A DNA stretch of 64,000 bases from an uncultured Christensenellaceae bacterium (GTDB taxonomy: Bacteria > Bacillota > Clostridia > Christensenellales > UBA3700), in contig CALWKW010000008.1 of the NCBI GenBank assembly GCA_944381365.1, forward strand, positions 2,914 through 66,913. The letters are read 5' to 3'. The notes beneath the pieces were generated by a model. The model was not told where the DNA came from. It was given only the letters and a program-made list of their open reading frames with translations, and ran no database searches. Each line of letters begins with the position of its first letter. Within the stretch, counting starts at the first letter, position 1. This document shows positions 56,408 to 64,000 of this stretch, one piece after another. The translations under genes were made by a program, and so were the position numbers.

Positions 56408-57607
56408 TTATTTATTACTCTTGCCCTTTATTGTCTCTATTGCGAGTTTTTCAAACTCGGGCAAGCTTTTTACTATTGTATCATAACTTACGCAATACGC
56501 AAGTCTCACATATCCTTCGCATGCAAAACTTTTTCCGCCCACCAAAAGCAATCTGTGCTCTTTTGCTTTTTCGACAAACTGCTTTTCATCGATAGGACAT
56601 TTTACAAAAAGATAAAACGCTCCTTGAGGTTTTGTACATTCAAAGCCGTATTCTGTGAGTTTTGAATACAAAAGTTCTCTGTTTTTGTCATATACGGATA
56701 TATCGGTGGTTGTGTCAAGACACTTTTCGATAGCAAGCTGCTGAAGCGAAGGGGCATTGACAAAACCAAGTATTCTCGTGGCCACATTGCATGCCGATAT
56801 GAGATTTTCAAAATCCTCTGCTTCGTCAGGTATCACGAGATATCCTATTCTCTCCCCGGGGAGCGACAATGACTTTGAATAAGAATATCCTACTATCGTA
56901 TTCTCATAATATTTTGTCGCATAAGGTACTTCTACATTATCATACACAAGCTCTCTGTAAGGCTCGTCCGCTATAAGATAAATAGCCTGATTGTTTTCCT
57001 TGCTTTTTTTCTTGAGGATTTCTCCCATCTTTTTGAGAGTGTTTTCGTCATACACCACACCCGTAGGATTGTTGGGACTGTTGAAAATCACGGCTTTTGT
57101 CTTCTTGCTTATCGCTCTTTCCAAAGTATCCAAATCAGGTTGGAATGTAGGAGGATTTGCAGGTACTATTACGCTTTTTCCATAGGCATTTGCCACATAA
57201 TTGAGATATTCCCCAAAGAAAGGAGCGATTAGAATTACCTCATCATCGGGATTGATGATAGCACGCAAAATCACATTGAGACCGCCTGCCGCACCTACCG
57301 TCATTACTATGTTTTTGAATGAAAAATTCGTATCGAATCTTTTATTGAGGTTGAGAGCAATACTTTGTCTTACGCTCTCAAAACCGCTGTTGTTCATATA
57401 TCCGTGCAAAGTAATATCGTCTGTGTTTTCCAATACTTCTTTAAAAGCTTTGTTTACTTTTTCAGGAGCAGGAACGCTGGGATTTCCCAAAGAAAAATCA
57501 TATACATTTTCTTTGCCGTAAATTGCAGAAAGCTTTTTGCCCTCTTCAAACATGGCTCTTATTGCCGAGCTCGCTCCTACCATATCTTTCATTCTTTTAG
57601 AAATCAT
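56408..57607 (-). CDS. Class I/II PLP-dependent aminotransferase (AspC/AlaT-like)
   Basis: FNSPNNPTG and SYSKSLSLPGERIGY (PLP Lys) motifs are present. Confidence 0.85.
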   Translation of the reverse strand: MISKRMKDMVGASSAIRAMFEEGKKLSAIYGKENVYDFSLGNPSVPAPEKVNKAFKEVLENTDDITLHGYMNNSGFESVRQSIALNLNKRFDTNFSFKNIVMTVGAAGGLNVILRAIINPDDEVILIAPFFGEYLNYVANAYGKSVIVPANPPTFQPDLDTLERAISKKTKAVIFNSPNNPTGVVYDENTLKKMGEILKKKSKENNQAIYLIADEPYRELVYDNVEVPYATKYYENTIVGYSYSKSLSLPGERIGYLVIPDEAEDFENLISACNVATRILGFVNAPSLQQLAIEKCLDTTTDISVYDKNRELLYSKLTEYGFECTKPQGAFYLFVKCPIDEKQFVEKAKEHRLLLVGGKSFACEGYVRLAYCVSYDTIVKSLPEFEKLAIETIKGKSNK

Positions 57608-57680
57608 TTTTACCTCTTTTATAAAACTTTTTTGCCTTTATATCTTCGTATCGACTTTATAATCGTTGAAAATTTTTATC

Positions 57681-58631
57681 TTATAGATTAACCCTGTTTT
57701 TGATATCGCCTTGCAAAAATCCTTTTAGATTTTCAAGTGCTATATTCATAAGTCTCGACCTTGCCTCTTTTGACGCCCAAGCGATATGAGGAGTAATATA
57801 ACATCTTTTTGCTCCAAGCAAAGGATTTGTGGCTTTTGGCGGTTCTACCGACAACACATCTGCTCCGTATCCTCCTATCTTTCCGCTGTCAAGAGCTTTT
57901 CTTACAGCGTCTTCGTCCACCACTCCGCCTCTTGCCGTATTGATTATCATCACTCCGTCTTTCATCTTGGCAATGGCATCTTTGTTTATCATTTTTTCGC
58001 TTTGCTTGTTTATAGGACAATGAAGACTTATTATGTCGCTCTTTGCATACAATTCGTCAAGTTCTGTCATTGTGGCAATATCGTCACTTGTCTTCGAACG
58101 GCGATAAGCAAGCACATTCATTCCGAAAGCTTTTGCTATTTTTGCCACTTCTTTTGCTATCGTGCCATAGCCGACAAGTCCTATCGTTTTTTTGTCAAGC
58201 TCTGTAATGTCCTGAACACGATAACAAAAATCTTTGCACCTTGTCCAATCTCCTTGAGCCACAGACATACTGTGTTTCCCCACTCCCATGGCAAGCTCCA
58301 AAATAAAAGCAAATGTAAGCTGAGCCACAGATTTTGTAGAATAATCAGGTATGTTTGTCACAGGTATGCCTTTGGACTTTGTGTACTCCAAATCCACGAC
58401 ATTATAGCCCGTAGACAAAAGACCGATGTATTTGAGATTTGGGAGTTTTTCAAGAATATTTTTGTCGAGTATGACCTTGTTGTCTATGATAATATCCGCA
58501 TCTTTTGCCCTATGCTCTACTTCTTCATAAGAGGTGCGGTCATAGTACACAAAATCACCCAGCTTTTCAAATTCTTTCCAATCGAGATCTTCGCCCGTTG
58601 TCGTATATCCGTCAAGCACTACAATTTTCAT
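57681..58631 (-). CDS. D-isomer-specific 2-hydroxyacid dehydrogenase (glycerate/hydroxypyruvate reductase-like)
   Basis: GLVGYGTIAKEVAKIAKAFGM (GxGxxG), NTARGGVVDE and PHIAWAS motifs are present. Confidence 0.85.
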   Translation of the reverse strand: MKIVVLDGYTTTGEDLDWKEFEKLGDFVYYDRTSYEEVEHRAKDADIIIDNKVILDKNILEKLPNLKYIGLLSTGYNVVDLEYTKSKGIPVTNIPDYSTKSVAQLTFAFILELAMGVGKHSMSVAQGDWTRCKDFCYRVQDITELDKKTIGLVGYGTIAKEVAKIAKAFGMNVLAYRRSKTSDDIATMTELDELYAKSDIISLHCPINKQSEKMINKDAIAKMKDGVMIINTARGGVVDEDAVRKALDSGKIGGYGADVLSVEPPKATNPLLGAKRCYITPHIAWASKEARSRLMNIALENLKGFLQGDIKNRVNL

Positions 58632-59974
58632 AGACTTTTCCTCAATCCTTTAGGATAATGATTTTTGGCATACATGCCGTCACACTTGCACCAACCGAGC
58701 GAAACGCCCTTGTATTCCACTATCGCCCAGCCTTTTATATCGCATTCGAGCATTTCGCCCAAAATATATCTCTTTGCATTTTCCATATCGACAGAAAGCA
58801 CATTTTTTGCTTCGCATGGTCTTAAAGCCATAGCCAGCGAATGTGCAGGCTCGAATCTGTCCTTTTTGAATTCTCCTAGACCAAGCCCCGCTCTTTCCAC
58901 TTTCATTCTGTCAAAATCGGGCGTACCTTTTGGCAAGCTGTAAAGATTTTGCCCAAACATCAAATCGGGCGAAAACTCAACATTAAGATTTTGTTTTTGC
59001 CAAAGCTCGTATTCTTTTATGAGCTTTTTATCTGTATTTGACGATTGAAGACGATATTTTGTCTGACTTTTTTCGCCTTTATGTTGAAGCACGGCAAAAA
59101 AATGTCCTTCGCCTTCGACCTTGTGCGGGAAAATCCTGTTTGTCATCTCAAGCATGGATTTGTTTTTTGCTTTGTCAAAGGCAATACCCTTTTCAAACTT
59201 ATACACAGAAGGCACCACTTCGAATTCTTTATATTTTGTCAAAAACTCATCGATGACTTCTTCATTTTCCTCTTGAGAAAAAGTGCATGTAGAATATACT
59301 ATCCTTCCGCCGTCTTTCAAAAGCCTTGCCGCACAATCCAGAATATCAAGCTGTCTTTGTCTGCAAAGTCTTACATTTTCCAAAGACCATTCTTCTATCG
59401 CAGTCTCGTTTTTTCTGAACATTCCCTCGCCCGAGCAAGGTGCGTCCACCAAAATTTTATCAAAAATACCTGCATATTTTTCTTGAAGTCTTTGAGGGCT
59501 TTCGTTCATTACCACACAATTTCTTATGCCCATTCTCTCGATATTTTGCGAGAGTATTTTTGCTCTTGAAGGTATAATCTCGTTTGCTATCAATAGTCCG
59601 CTTCCTTTGAGTTTGGCGGCTATCTGAGATGCCTTTCCCCCCGGGGCAGAACACAAATCAAGCACAAAATCCCCCTCTTGTATATCGAGGTTTTCAGCGA
59701 CTGCCATAGCACTCGGCTCCTGTATATAAAAAGCTCCGCCTTCGTGCAGCACGCTTTTCCCCGGTCTTTGGGATTCTTCATAATAATATCCGTTTTCGCA
59801 CCAAGGAATCGCTCTCAAATCAAACTCGTCTTTTATACTATCAAAATCGCTTTTTAAAGTATTGATTCTAAGCCCCTGATGTCTGTCTTTTGAATATTCT
59901 CTGACAAAATCGTCATATTCGTCTTTGAGCAAAGACTTCATTCTGTCGAGAAAATCCTCAGGTAAATTCAACAT
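58628..59974 (-). CDS. RsmB/RsmF (NOL1/NOP2/Sun) family rRNA cytosine-C5 methyltransferase
   Basis: LDLCSAPGGKA, DAPCSGEGMFRK and YSTCTF motifs, plus a C-terminal PUA-like region. The stop overlaps the next ATG (ATGA). Confidence 0.8.
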   Translation of the reverse strand: MLNLPEDFLDRMKSLLKDEYDDFVREYSKDRHQGLRINTLKSDFDSIKDEFDLRAIPWCENGYYYEESQRPGKSVLHEGGAFYIQEPSAMAVAENLDIQEGDFVLDLCSAPGGKASQIAAKLKGSGLLIANEIIPSRAKILSQNIERMGIRNCVVMNESPQRLQEKYAGIFDKILVDAPCSGEGMFRKNETAIEEWSLENVRLCRQRQLDILDCAARLLKDGGRIVYSTCTFSQEENEEVIDEFLTKYKEFEVVPSVYKFEKGIAFDKAKNKSMLEMTNRIFPHKVEGEGHFFAVLQHKGEKSQTKYRLQSSNTDKKLIKEYELWQKQNLNVEFSPDLMFGQNLYSLPKGTPDFDRMKVERAGLGLGEFKKDRFEPAHSLAMALRPCEAKNVLSVDMENAKRYILGEMLECDIKGWAIVEYKGVSLGWCKCDGMYAKNHYPKGLRKSL

Positions 59975-60051
59975 TGCTACCTCTCTTTGCTTTGTATATT
60001 ATATCATAATATAAAAGCATATTGCAATGTTTTGACAAAATTCATACATAT

Positions 60052-60081
60052 AAAAAAAATAATAGAGGGATATATCCCTCT
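60052..60081 (-). terminator. Probable rho-independent terminator after the anSME gene
   Basis: Minus strand reads agaggga-tata-tccctct followed by attatttttttt. Confidence 0.6.
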
Positions 60082-60176
60082 TTATCTTTTGTATCTTATC
60101 GATTTGATTTTTTTATAGCAAGTTTTTGCTCATATTTTTCAATCGGTAAAATTTTAAATTTCACTTTTTTGACTTC

Positions 60177-61271
60177 TTATCGTCCTTTTTCATTCAAAAA
60201 CACTCTAAACAAGGGAAGACAACTTTTAAAGAATTTTTTGTATGCCGAGCAATAATCTCTGTCGGCTCTCGCTCTTTTGCATCCGCCTGCTCTGCACATT
60301 TTGAAAAATTCACAGCTTTTGCATTTTTCAGGATAAATCAATGATTCTTTTATAAATTCCTGAGCTTTTTTGCTGTTTGCCATATCGAGCATATCTTTGG
60401 AGTTTATATTTCCCAAAAGCCATTCGTCTATACAATAAAAATCACAAGGATATACATTTCCGTTTGCTTCTATTACAAATTGATGAGTACAATGTCCTTC
60501 CATACCGCATTGCTCGGCTTTTTGTCCTAAAAACAATCTCACCATATTGTCAAAATGCCTTATGCTCGTATATTCTCCCCTGACATAATCTTTGACATAA
60601 AGATTGAAAAGTCTTATGAGATAATCTCCATACTCTTCTTCTGTCATATAAAGCATACTTTCGCTTTTGTCGCCAAATGGACGAAGACAAGGTATAAACT
60701 GAAGATAATTAAAGTCTTGGGACTTAAAATAGCTGTATATCTTCTCTATATTCTTAGCCGTATATCCTGTAGCAACGACAAGTATATTGAAATCCACATT
60801 ATGTTTTTTCAATAAGCCAAGAGCATTTCTCACCTTTAAAAATGTATAATCGAGATTGGTGTCAACTCTAAATCTGTTTGCGTCCTGATCTCCGTCAAGA
60901 CTCACGCCAAGCAAGAAATTGTGTTTTGCAAAAAACTCTGCCCACTCATCGTCTATGAGAGTTCCGTTTGTCTGCAAACTAAAAAATATCTTGCTGTCTA
61001 ATGTGTTATATTTTTTTATGAGTTTTACAAAATTTTCAAAAAATTCTTTTCCTGCATAGAGAGGTTCTCCGCCCTGAAAAGCAAAATATATGCTCCCTCC
61101 CTCGCAAAACTCAAGAGTCTTTTTGACTATATTTTCTGAAGTATCATTTGACATAATACCATATCCAAAAGACTCTCTTGTATTGGCAAGCGAGTGATAA
61201 AAACAATATTTGCACCTCATATTGCAAAGACTCGAGGCAGGTTTTATCATTACGGATAAATCTTTTTTCAT
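60177..61271 (-). CDS. Anaerobic sulfatase-maturating enzyme (radical SAM/SPASM)
   Basis: CNMRCKYCFY radical SAM cluster motif and C-terminal SPASM cysteines (CDFYC.., CKSCEFFKMCRAGGC). Lies directly downstream of the sulfatase. Confidence 0.85.
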   Translation of the reverse strand: MKKDLSVMIKPASSLCNMRCKYCFYHSLANTRESFGYGIMSNDTSENIVKKTLEFCEGGSIYFAFQGGEPLYAGKEFFENFVKLIKKYNTLDSKIFFSLQTNGTLIDDEWAEFFAKHNFLLGVSLDGDQDANRFRVDTNLDYTFLKVRNALGLLKKHNVDFNILVVATGYTAKNIEKIYSYFKSQDFNYLQFIPCLRPFGDKSESMLYMTEEEYGDYLIRLFNLYVKDYVRGEYTSIRHFDNMVRLFLGQKAEQCGMEGHCTHQFVIEANGNVYPCDFYCIDEWLLGNINSKDMLDMANSKKAQEFIKESLIYPEKCKSCEFFKMCRAGGCKRARADRDYCSAYKKFFKSCLPLFRVFLNEKGR

Positions 61272-61295
61272 TTTTGAAGCGATAAATTATTTAAT

Positions 61296-63608
61296 TTATA
61301 TTTTGTTTTTCTCATAAGACAAGATTGTATAATAGCTTTCATAATCAGTCTTGTCGTTGTAGTAATAATCTATATTGACTCCTCGTCTGTTTTGTTGGAA
61401 TTTTTTCTGCCAAGACGACATAGTATTTTTAAGTTCAGAAGATATCAAAGGGAAAATACCCGCTCTTTGATAGCTTTCCGACTTATCGTCAGAAAGACAA
61501 ATGAGCCAATTTTTTCTCACTTTGTCAAAGAATGCGGGATTGTCGTTTTGCATACTCTTGAAGTATTTCCATACCAATACATCATTATCTTTGATGAAGT
61601 CATAGCTGTTTGCCATATCTTCAGTCATGATATATGTTTTGTCCTCTCCTGTATTTGTAATTAAAGAGATTTTTTGACCTACGATTTTGTCCAATGCTTC
61701 TTCTTTTGTCATTGCATAAGATACAGATTTTATCTTTTCGGATTTCATATAAAGTATAGGTCTTGACTTATCGTGTATAAAATCCAAAGTGTTTCCTTGT
61801 TCGTCAGGAATATAAAGGCCGTTCATTGACACGCCGTCAATCTCTCTGTCAAAGGGCATCATATTTTCATATACCGTATCTCCTATCTGTCCATTCAGCG
61901 AGCAAAGTTCTGTCAATGTAGGGAAAAAGTCCACAAGCGTAGCCTGTGCAGAAATTTTCCTGCCTTTGTTCATATATTGATTATTGCCCCATCTCATATA
62001 AAAAGGCACTTTCTGACCGCCTTCATAAGCGGTATATTTTCCTCCCCTCAAATCGTCTGTCGAGCCTTGAAGTGCAGGTCCGTTGTCAGATGTGAACATA
62101 ATAATCGTATTATCGAGCACCCCTGCTTCCTGCATATTATAAAACAATTCTCCGAGATAATAGTCAAACTCAGTGATGACATCGGCATAAATGCCCACGC
62201 CCGTAGAGCCTTGTCCTACTCTTACCATATTCCCCGTCTTTTCCCACTTGCTCGAATTATAATTGTATTTGTATTCGGGTTTTTGCTGAGGTTCGCCACC
62301 GTACAAAGGAGCATGAGGCCAAGGCGTAGCGTAATAAGCAAAGAAAGGAGTGTTTTTGTCATAAGTCTGACCGCTTTTTGTCTCTTCTCCGTTTATTACA
62401 TCGCTTATCCAATCATTTATACTATTGTGACAATGCTGAGTGAGATAATCCTGATCTATCTTTGTGCCGTCATTGATTATTTCATATCTTCCTTGACTTT
62501 CTTCGACATAATAGAAAGGCGTCATATCGTTGACATAATGCGAGCCGTAAAAATAATCAAAGCCCTGATTTGTGGGAAGATATTCGCCATAGTCTCCCAA
62601 GTGCCATTTGCCGAAAGCTCCCGTAGCATAGCCTGCATTTTGGAATGCTTCTGCGATAGTTATTTCGTCTCCAAGCATACCATCGCAATTTCCGCCGAGT
62701 TCAAAAGAATTGTATACTCTCGTGGTACCGACAGGCAATGTGGTATTTACCGTAGGATACAACACATTATCTGCATATCCTCTATAAGGATATCTTCCTG
62801 TAAGCATAGCAAATCTTGACGGCGAACATACCGAATAACTTGCATAAAAATTTTCAAAATTAAGACCGCTTTGTCCTATAAAATCAAAGGCGGGAGTATC
62901 GAAAGTCTCGTTTCCGTTTAAAGATGTATCGCCGTAGCCCATATCATCCATGAGTATTACAAGCACATTAGGTCTATCCGATTGAGAAGAATTGTTTTTG
63001 TAATAATCATTGAGAGCTTTTAAATATTCGTCTTCGCCTTTTGACAAATCAAAAGCATGAGTTTTTGCCCTGAGATTTGTAGTAAATACAAGTGCCACAG
63101 ACACAAGCATAAGTCCTACACTCATAAAAGACGCTATCGCTCTCATACCTTTTTTGTCAGCAAATCTTTTTATCAATACCGCCAAAAGCACAATCATTGT
63201 CGTACAAGGAAGAATGATAAGAATATTTCCTATAAGGCGGGTAAAGAAATTGCCCTCTCCTTGCCAAAGAAGATTGTCGATATTGACAAAACCTTCCTTG
63301 CCCGTAGACAAAGCTCCCCAGCCTGCGTCAGCTCCTGCGACTATATAAAAACTTGCTATCGCAAACACCGGTATAAGGTATGCCGAAAGCATATAAATAT
63401 TGAATTTCTTTTTGAATACAATTTGCAAAAAAATCAAAAGCGAAACCACACATAAAAACACCAGATTTATCAGTGTAATTATGTTCAGTCCCGCTATCCA
63501 TTGGGTAAGCATCAACAAAATCGCAACAATATTTAGAGCTTTAGAAAACTTATCCAACTTGTTTGAAAAAACAAGCTTTTTGATTTGGTTATCGTCTTTT
63601 GTCTGCAT
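61296..63608 (-). CDS. Cys-type sulfatase fused to an N-terminal five-TM membrane domain
   Basis: LVILMDDMGYGD, SVCSPSRFAMLTGRYP (CxPxR formylglycine motif) and GYATGAFGKWHLG (signature II). About 190 aa of N-terminal hydrophobic segments. I place the start at MQTKDDNQ (63608), behind GGGGGA; the track start at 63665 is possible. Confidence 0.85.
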   Translation of the reverse strand: MQTKDDNQIKKLVFSNKLDKFSKALNIVAILLMLTQWIAGLNIITLINLVFLCVVSLLIFLQIVFKKKFNIYMLSAYLIPVFAIASFYIVAGADAGWGALSTGKEGFVNIDNLLWQGEGNFFTRLIGNILIILPCTTMIVLLAVLIKRFADKKGMRAIASFMSVGLMLVSVALVFTTNLRAKTHAFDLSKGEDEYLKALNDYYKNNSSQSDRPNVLVILMDDMGYGDTSLNGNETFDTPAFDFIGQSGLNFENFYASYSVCSPSRFAMLTGRYPYRGYADNVLYPTVNTTLPVGTTRVYNSFELGGNCDGMLGDEITIAEAFQNAGYATGAFGKWHLGDYGEYLPTNQGFDYFYGSHYVNDMTPFYYVEESQGRYEIINDGTKIDQDYLTQHCHNSINDWISDVINGEETKSGQTYDKNTPFFAYYATPWPHAPLYGGEPQQKPEYKYNYNSSKWEKTGNMVRVGQGSTGVGIYADVITEFDYYLGELFYNMQEAGVLDNTIIMFTSDNGPALQGSTDDLRGGKYTAYEGGQKVPFYMRWGNNQYMNKGRKISAQATLVDFFPTLTELCSLNGQIGDTVYENMMPFDREIDGVSMNGLYIPDEQGNTLDFIHDKSRPILYMKSEKIKSVSYAMTKEEALDKIVGQKISLITNTGEDKTYIMTEDMANSYDFIKDNDVLVWKYFKSMQNDNPAFFDKVRKNWLICLSDDKSESYQRAGIFPLISSELKNTMSSWQKKFQQNRRGVNIDYYYNDKTDYESYYTILSYEKNKI

Positions 63609-63719
63609 AAATCCCCCTAAACACACTCTTTCTAATACTATAATTCTAATTGTCTTTTTAATCAATATAAAAATATATAAATCATTATATATGGAAAGTA
63701 AATGATTATAAATAAAAAA

Positions 63720-64000
63720 TCAACTTATATCCACTATTTTTTTAGGAATATCGAGATTATAATTTTTTATTTTGCCATAGCTCCAAGTCTTGACCTGCTC
63801 ATATAGTTTTTTGTCTATATCGAGCTTGTCAATGAGCTCTTTTTCGTCTATAATTTCTATATTCTTATTTTCCTTTATATTCAAAGTGCGTTGGGTATCT
63901 CTGCCGTACAAAAGATAACAATTTATTTTGCCGGATTTTTGAGTATAATATCCGCCATACCACCTTATGTATTTGACCAAAAACATTGCCTGTTTGTATT
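63720..64000 (-). CDS. Hypothetical protein, possibly 5'-truncated by the window edge
   Basis: Track ORF 63720-63986. The frame remains open upstream to position 64000. No motif recognised. Confidence 0.3.
   Translation of the reverse strand, partial: YKQAMFLVKYIRWYGGYYTQKSGKINCYLLYGRDTQRTLNIKENKNIEIIDEKELIDKLDIDKKLYEQVKTWSYGKIKNYNLDIPKKIVDIS

Overview
AT-rich, low-GC Firmicutes (Clostridia-like) chromosomal core segment. I count 51 protein-coding genes, all but six on the minus strand. I see no rRNA, tRNA, CRISPR array, transposase, integrase or prophage signature.

Gene content, left to right:
- addA (truncated by the window edge, so absent from the ORF track) and addB.
- A small plus-strand island: lipoprotein, Cys-rich orphan, YugP-type Zn peptidase and a DUF1540 protein, interrupted by rplI.
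- An envelope cluster: TM-anchored LytM/M23 peptidase, YwmB-like secreted protein, and two tandem paralogous single-pass membrane proteins.
- A degenerate DHQS/Fe-ADH-like protein, then hisC.
- rplL-rplJ-rplA-rplK-nusG-secE-rpmG (rpmG found by hand translation, under 60 aa).
- An SDR oxidoreductase, then tuf-fusA-rpsG-rpsL.
- tsaD, prfB (no programmed frameshift), secA, recD2, and metK behind a SAM-I riboswitch.
- rpoC-rpoB, then rqcP(yabO)-ispDF on the plus strand.
- A MATE exporter and a His-rich 10TM exporter.
- trmB with a transglutaminase-like lipoprotein, then mrp/apbC.
- A sialic-acid cluster: LacX-like mutarotase, signal-peptide-less GH33 sialidase, nanE, nanK, nanA.
- An rsmF-like methyltransferase, a D-2-hydroxyacid dehydrogenase and an aminotransferase.
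- A 5-TM-anchored Cys-type sulfatase with its anSME maturase.

Honest assessment: this is mostly housekeeping DNA. I do not see a clear-cut new defence, mobile or biosynthetic system. The items most worth follow-up are:
1. The polytopic membrane-anchored sulfatase plus anSME, sitting near a transporter-less nan cluster with a cytoplasmic sialidase.
2. The uncharacterised envelope module: YwmB-like protein plus LytM peptidase, and the tandem paralogs.
3. The motif-less DHQS/G1PDH-like protein.
4. An apparently leaderless divergent promoter pair for addBA and a lipoprotein.
5. The permuted order of the ribosomal/RNAP gene blocks.
6. An acidic RpoB tail with three DIF motifs.

All functional calls come from my own recognition of motifs in the translations. 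No database search was run.
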